NCBI GenBank assembly: GCA_964556485.1
Contig: CAZKVV010000006.1
Coordinates: 8,072 to 72,071 of the forward strand
Direction: 5' to 3'
Length of the DNA stretch: 64,000 bases
Source of the DNA: an uncultured Pseudomonadales bacterium
GTDB lineage: Bacteria; Patescibacteriota; Microgenomatia; UBA1400; PJMF01
The position numbers and the translations under genes are program-made. Positions 59,197 to 64,000 of this stretch are shown here, piece by piece. Every line of letters begins with the position of its first letter. The first letter of the stretch is position 1. The notes beneath the pieces were generated by a model that was not told the origin of the DNA, did no database searches, and saw nothing but the letters and a program-made list of their open reading frames with translations.

Positions 59197-60159
59197 ATGT
59201 TTACAAAACTTAGTACTGTAATCCTCACATTTAGTATTCTTACATCAGTCTTTACTACATCAATACTTGCACAGTCAGAACCAACCGTCACCCTTCCAAA
59301 CGCTACTATTGAAATAGTTGAAATAACCGCAATACCTGCAACAGACAGCGCTGACGCCACAGCCGCAGCAACACTCGCCACACCTTCAGCTGAGGTAAAG
59401 AAAGAAATTCAAGAAAAAATTGACCGCGACATTACTGAAACTGTAGGTTTACAAACCAACCGGTTGCTAGCTTACATGAGAGAAAATCCACCTACACCAA
59501 TGAGTTGGAATAATTTTATCCAACATGCAATGCGCACAGCAGTAGAAGCTGGTGTGCAACCAAACGTGCTCATCTTGTTACTGCTGTTTCCATTAGTAGT
59601 AACAATTATTGCCGCTTCAAGACACATTGTTGGGCTGCGCGGATTTGGAATCTACATTCCTGCTGTGCTTTCAATTGGTTTCGCTTCAACTGGGGTGCTC
59701 GAAGGTCTGTTGCTTTTCATAACCATCGCTGTTGCAGCCGTTTTGGCAAAAAAGATGGTTAAAAAAGCAAACTTACCATACTTGCCAAGAACAGCGCTCA
59801 TGCTCTGGGTGGTTTCTTTAGGCATCTTTGCCATCATGCTTGTTGCACCACTTATCAATCTCGTTACTGTCATGAGTATCAGTATCTTTCCGATTCTTAT
59901 CTTAGTGCTTCTAGCTGAGAACTTTTTAGATGCCCAGGCAAGAACAAAACAATCTGAGGCGCTAATGCTCACTACCGAGACTCTGGCTCTTGCGGTCATT
60001 TCGAGTTTCTTTTTAGAGTGGGAGCCCCTACAGCTCTTTGCAATCTCAGAACCAGAGTTACTTATTATTGTAGTCGCGCTTCTTAATATTCTTATTGGTA
60101 AATTTATTGGCCTAAGACTCAGCGAACGACTCCGTTTTAGATCAATCATTGAGGAATAA
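59197..60159 (+). CDS. 7-TM membrane protein of the type normally fused to an inactive transglutaminase (7TM partner of RimK-like ATP-grasp systems)
   Basis: Signal peptide, about 100-aa extracytoplasmic region, then 7 hydrophobic helices. Immediately upstream of the ATP-grasp gene. Confidence 0.55.
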   Translation: MFTKLSTVILTFSILTSVFTTSILAQSEPTVTLPNATIEIVEITAIPATDSADATAAATLATPSAEVKKEIQEKIDRDITETVGLQTNRLLAYMRENPPTPMSWNNFIQHAMRTAVEAGVQPNVLILLLLFPLVVTIIAASRHIVGLRGFGIYIPAVLSIGFASTGVLEGLLLFITIAVAAVLAKKMVKKANLPYLPRTALMLWVVSLGIFAIMLVAPLINLVTVMSISIFPILILVLLAENFLDAQARTKQSEALMLTTETLALAVISSFFLEWEPLQLFAISEPELLIIVVALLNILIGKFIGLRLSERLRFRSIIEE

Positions 60160-60162
60160 CTC

Positions 60163-61446
60163 ATGGCAATTAAACCGTCGCATATTCTCGGCATGAATGC
60201 TCGGTATAAATATACCAAGCTCAATTCGGCTTTAGCAAAAAGTTATGGCTTCTCTAAACTCAAAACTAAAGAGTTGCTAAGTACCCACAACATTCCAACA
60301 GCTCAAGTCTACCACGTTTTTTCATTACTCCATGACTTAGAAACAGTACAGTGGGAAACCATTCCCATTCCTTTTGTCGTGAAACCAGTGAGTGGCAGTG
60401 CCGGCAAGGGCATTCTAGTCATCACTAAAATGCATATCGAAGAGAGAGCTTGGGAAACGTCTGATGGTGACCACATTACTGAGGACGATCTCACACTGCA
60501 CGTTCGAAACATACTTGATGGAGAGTTTAGTACTTGGGGTTCTTCACACAAAGCAATTGTTGAAGAAATGATTCCACCGCATCCAGCTCTGGCAAAATAC
60601 TCATATAAAGGCACCCCTGACATTCGTGTGGTCGTGTTCAACTCTGTTCCAATTATGGCAATGGCTCGTATTCCGACAAAAGAATCACATGGTCGTGCCA
60701 ATTTAGATCAAGGTGCGTTTGCACTTGGCATCGACCTTGCTACAGGCATCACAACGTATGGATTAATGGGAAAGGGCAAGCATATTACCCATGTTCCTGG
60801 CAGCACCAAAAAAGTAAATGGCATTATGATTCCACACTGGAACAAAATCCTCAAGATCGCAGTCGATGCAGCAAATGTTGCAGGATACGTCTACATGGGA
60901 GCTGACATTTTTATTCATCCAGATAAGGGACCAATGATTGTGGAACTCAATGGATTTCCAGGACTTTCAATTCAATTGGCAAATCATGCAGGTCTGAAAC
61001 GAAGATTGGAACGCCTTGAAGGATTGGACGTTCGCGACGCTGCCCATGGCGTTAAAATTGCACAAGCACTGTTTGCCGAGAACTTCTCTGACAAACTAAA
61101 AGCTGAAGGAGGAGTGCAGATAATCTCTACCACCCCAACTGTCACTGTTCATGGAGAAAAAAATCAAAGACAAACAGTGGATGCACTGGTTAATACAGGC
61201 AGAACGCGATCAGCAATGAGTAAAGCATTAGCAGAAGAACTTGGCTTACTCGATCTGGATGACCTACTTTGGCAACAAAAAGAATCCTTAGAAGGAAAAG
61301 TTCCTGTGGTTGAAGTATCAATAACAATCAAAGGACAAAAGTTTAAAACCGCTATGGTTGTAAGTAAACGCCTTGATTCAGTTAAACATAAGATTGAGTT
61401 AGGTCGAAAAGACACCCAAGGCTTCTTGATTGGGGATGTTGAGTAA
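60163..61446 (+). CDS. alpha-L-glutamate ligase-related (RimK-like) ATP-grasp protein with C-terminal retropepsin-like (Asp to Asn) extension
   Basis: ILGMNARYKY...VVKPVSGSAGKGILVI...MIVELNGFPGL is the ATP-grasp pattern. C-terminal ALVNTGRTRSAMS resembles a D-T/S-G-A aspartyl-protease motif with N in place of D. Confidence 0.75.
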   Translation: MAIKPSHILGMNARYKYTKLNSALAKSYGFSKLKTKELLSTHNIPTAQVYHVFSLLHDLETVQWETIPIPFVVKPVSGSAGKGILVITKMHIEERAWETSDGDHITEDDLTLHVRNILDGEFSTWGSSHKAIVEEMIPPHPALAKYSYKGTPDIRVVVFNSVPIMAMARIPTKESHGRANLDQGAFALGIDLATGITTYGLMGKGKHITHVPGSTKKVNGIMIPHWNKILKIAVDAANVAGYVYMGADIFIHPDKGPMIVELNGFPGLSIQLANHAGLKRRLERLEGLDVRDAAHGVKIAQALFAENFSDKLKAEGGVQIISTTPTVTVHGEKNQRQTVDALVNTGRTRSAMSKALAEELGLLDLDDLLWQQKESLEGKVPVVEVSITIKGQKFKTAMVVSKRLDSVKHKIELGRKDTQGFLIGDVE

Positions 61447-62411
61447 TGAGTTTTCTGCAATCACTAACACCCATTAACTTACTGTCAGAAAAAGAACACT
61501 TTTTTGCTGATCAAACCTACGATCCTCATTTTTTATATAATGAAGAGTTTCTCCCCAAGAAACTGCTCGAACATGGCCTACCAAAACCAAACTACTTAGA
61601 ACTTGCTCACGAAATCATCAAAAAAACATATTTCGGCCGAAATGAAGAAGACCTCTACCACAACGAAGGCAGAAACTTGACTAAAGAAGAGGTCGATCAA
61701 AAAGTCAAAGCATTTTTGGCGCTGCATGGTATTGAAGATCGATACCAAGTTGTCTGGTCATCCTCATACATGTCACGAACCACTATCACTAGTGACACCA
61801 TTAAACTTCGCTTGCCGGTTGAGTTCAGAATAGAAGGATTGCTTGGCATGCTCTATCACGAAGTGGGAACACACGCGCTCAGACGAATTAACTACGAACA
61901 ACAACCGTGGTTTAAAAAGAAAAAAAGATATGGCTTTACTGACTACCTCAAAACCGAAGAGGGTATTGCTACCTTGCATGCACTGGTTCCTCATAGCTTA
62001 AAATCTGCCTATGTATCAGCACTCAGATATGTAGCGGTCGATATTGCTCAAAAAAGCAGCTTTGCGGAAACTTGGGCAGCACTTACGCCTTTCATTCAAG
62101 ATACTGAGCGTCGCTGGGCGGTTGTATTACGCCAGAAAAGAGGTATCAGTGACACCTCTCAGCCAGGAGGATATACAAAAGATTTGGTGTACTTTGAGGG
62201 TATGGTTGACGTCTGGAAATGGTTGCATCAGAGACAATATTCGCTCCATGATATTTACTATGGAAAAATTGCACTGCAAGATGTCACTCAAGCAGTTGCA
62301 CTCAATCCCAATTTCGAACCACTGCTTCCTTCTTTTTACACCCATGACTACGACAACTACGCAAAAAAAATGGAAGAAATCGGCACCTTTAACCTACTAG
62401 ACCAAGTTTAA
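61446..62411 (+). CDS. DUF1704 (QEGLA-motif) zinc carboxypeptidase-like protein
   Basis: YHEVGTHALRR (HExxH) and KTEEGIATLHA (QEGLA-like). ATGA overlap with the ATP-grasp gene. Confidence 0.65.
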   Translation: MSFLQSLTPINLLSEKEHFFADQTYDPHFLYNEEFLPKKLLEHGLPKPNYLELAHEIIKKTYFGRNEEDLYHNEGRNLTKEEVDQKVKAFLALHGIEDRYQVVWSSSYMSRTTITSDTIKLRLPVEFRIEGLLGMLYHEVGTHALRRINYEQQPWFKKKKRYGFTDYLKTEEGIATLHALVPHSLKSAYVSALRYVAVDIAQKSSFAETWAALTPFIQDTERRWAVVLRQKRGISDTSQPGGYTKDLVYFEGMVDVWKWLHQRQYSLHDIYYGKIALQDVTQAVALNPNFEPLLPSFYTHDYDNYAKKMEEIGTFNLLDQV

Positions 62412-62413
62412 TC

Positions 62414-63187
62414 ATGATTATTCCGGTGTATAAACCACTCGGCGCATCAAGCCATGCTTTGGCAAAAAAAGTGGGTGAAATTGTTGGTGAAAAAGCCACG
62501 CACACAGGTACACTCGACCCCATGGCAGATGGCGTCCTAGTTGTACTTACTGGCGAAGATCGGTTCCAAAAGGGAGTACTAAATGAACAAAAAATGTATT
62601 CTTTTTCATTTGCAGTTGGTCTTACTACCGACTCACTTGATGTACTTGGAGAAATCACTTCTGTAGCTGACGCTGAATATACCCAAGATGGCATTACCAA
62701 TCAGATCACTGAAATACTGCCTACATTTGTAGGTTCGCAACACCAAACACAACCATTATTTTCTGCACAAAGAGTTCAGGGCAGTTCTGCATTTGAACTA
62801 GCAAAAGCAAACCAAGATTTTTCACCTCGAATTAATGAAATTTACATATCTTCACTAGATTTTATTAAAATCACTACACTTGCTGTTACTGATTTTTTTG
62901 CTCAAGCTGCAAGAGGTAGGGCGGTGGTAACTGGCAACTTTCGACAAGAAGAAATCGAGGCAGATTGGGCAAAACACACAGCTACATTTTTACAAAACGG
63001 CGTTACACAACTAGTTATATGCACCTGCAGCACCACGGTGAGTAAAAAAACCTACATTCGCTCACTGGTAAGAGATATTGGTGTTGCACTATCTGCTCCC
63101 ACTGTTACGACTGCAATAACCAGAACCAAAAATGGTGAGTTTTCACTTACCCAAGCAAAGTGTTGGTATAATACTCATCTTGCATGA
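62414..63187 (+). CDS. truB: tRNA pseudouridine(55) synthase
   Basis: HTGTLDPMADGVLVVLTGE is the TruB catalytic Asp motif. Confidence 0.8.
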   Translation: MIIPVYKPLGASSHALAKKVGEIVGEKATHTGTLDPMADGVLVVLTGEDRFQKGVLNEQKMYSFSFAVGLTTDSLDVLGEITSVADAEYTQDGITNQITEILPTFVGSQHQTQPLFSAQRVQGSSAFELAKANQDFSPRINEIYISSLDFIKITTLAVTDFFAQAARGRAVVTGNFRQEEIEADWAKHTATFLQNGVTQLVICTCSTTVSKKTYIRSLVRDIGVALSAPTVTTAITRTKNGEFSLTQAKCWYNTHLA

Positions 63188-64000
63188 AAACCAACACCGA
63201 TCCATCTAACACACCACAAAAGAAAGCTAAGGTTGCTCTTGGAATGTCTGGTGGGGTCGATTCATCACTTTCTGCACACTTACTCATCGAACAAGGCTAC
63301 GAAGTAACCGGAGTGTTTCTAGAGTGCTGGAGAGCGCCTGGGTGTAGGTCGGAAGAAGACAGAAAAGACGCTTTAGCAGTTGCTCTTGAGTTGGGCATTC
63401 CCTTTACCGTTTTAGATTTTAAAGATGCGTATAAACAAAAAGTGGTCGAGTCATTCTATGCAGAATATGCTGCTGGAAGTACCCCAAATCCAGATGTACT
63501 CTGTAACAAAGAAATTAAGTTTGGCCTTTTTTATGACTGGGCACTCACAGAAGGATTTGATTTTGTAGCAACAGGCCACTATGCCAAAATTACTGGCCAA
63601 GATGCCACCACAAAACTGGTGATACCAGCCGACACTCACAAGGACCAAACCTATTTCTTGTATTTGCTTAAACAAACTCACCTTCAACACACACTATTTC
63701 CTTTAGGTGATCTTACAAAAACAGCAGTGAGAGCCGAGGCAAAAAATCGACAGATCACAGTCGCTGATAAAAAAGACTCTGTTGGCATCTGTTTTATTGG
63801 AGATATCAACGTTCACAACTTCCTTAAAGAACGTCTAGGAGAAAACCCTGGAGAAGTTGTTGATACCAAAGGTAACGTCATTGGCAATCACAAAGGACTG
63901 TGGTTCTATACCATCGGCCAAAGAACCGGCTTTCATGTCGATCACAAATCGGTACTTCATCAGCAAGATGGTTCAAAAATCACTAAAGAAAATATTCCTC
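63184..64000 (+). CDS. mnmA: tRNA 2-thiouridine synthase MnmA (3' end beyond the window)
   Basis: VALGMSGGVDSSLSA (PP-loop), NPDVLCNKEIKF, ATGHYA. No stop before the window end. Confidence 0.85.
   Translation, partial: MKTNTDPSNTPQKKAKVALGMSGGVDSSLSAHLLIEQGYEVTGVFLECWRAPGCRSEEDRKDALAVALELGIPFTVLDFKDAYKQKVVESFYAEYAAGSTPNPDVLCNKEIKFGLFYDWALTEGFDFVATGHYAKITGQDATTKLVIPADTHKDQTYFLYLLKQTHLQHTLFPLGDLTKTAVRAEAKNRQITVADKKDSVGICFIGDINVHNFLKERLGENPGEVVDTKGNVIGNHKGLWFYTIGQRTGFHVDHKSVLHQQDGSKITKENIP

Overview
This is a low-GC, tightly packed bacterial window. Gene content (short HolA and UvrC, eno/gpmI, PGI/PMI) suggests a reduced genome, possibly Patescibacteria/CPR-like; that is inference only. The standard code applies, because TGA/TAG terminate intact core genes. 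TTG and GTG starts are common.

By region:
- 1-15 kb is mostly hypothetical and accessory genes: GNATs, a GT4 glycosyltransferase, an LCP protein, a Fic-like protein, DUF1801, VOC. Several show homopolymer frameshifts.
- tRNAs found: Lys(CTT), Arg(TCG), a Leu(CAG)-Leu(GAG)-Val(TAC) cluster, Phe(GAA), Gly(GCC) and Leu(TAG). Several are overlapped by spurious ORFs in the supplied track.
- 16.0-22.1 kb, right after the tRNA cluster, is a very AT-rich island. It carries a translationally coupled three-gene operon (AAA_21-type ABC ATPase, a DUF4276/RloB-like TOPRIM-like protein, and an unknown 392-aa protein), followed by a tyrosine integrase.
- 22.1-31.2 kb is a second island. It holds a Hanks-type Ser/Thr kinase, an AlbA_2/HATPase DNA-binding ATPase, an RBBP9-like hydrolase, an XRE regulator, an IS630 transposase N-terminal remnant and a second, paralogous integrase.
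- 32-64 kb is core. It includes a sugar-nucleotide/glycolysis block (pmm, IMPase, NDP-sugar pyrophosphorylase, PGI/PMI, a PEP-synthase-like protein without a recognisable phosphohistidine domain, eno, gpmI) and lexA, a PduO-type adenosyltransferase, a CofE-like ligase, uvrB, uvrA and uvrC. It also carries a conserved triad of 7TM protein, RimK-like ATP-grasp and DUF1704 peptidase, here with a separate transglutaminase-like protein and a holin-family protein nearby, then truB and a partial mnmA.

Noncoding highlights:
- a promoter plus 21-bp hairpin plus 58-aa Ala-rich ORF unit at 8.3-8.8 kb;
- a promoter-to-terminator ~76-nt candidate sRNA at 34.8 kb;
- a 640-nt ORF-free, GC-richer stretch at 24.6-25.2 kb;
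- repeated operator-like motifs at 22.96-23.09 kb and 29.06-29.13 kb.

No CRISPR array and no rRNA were seen.
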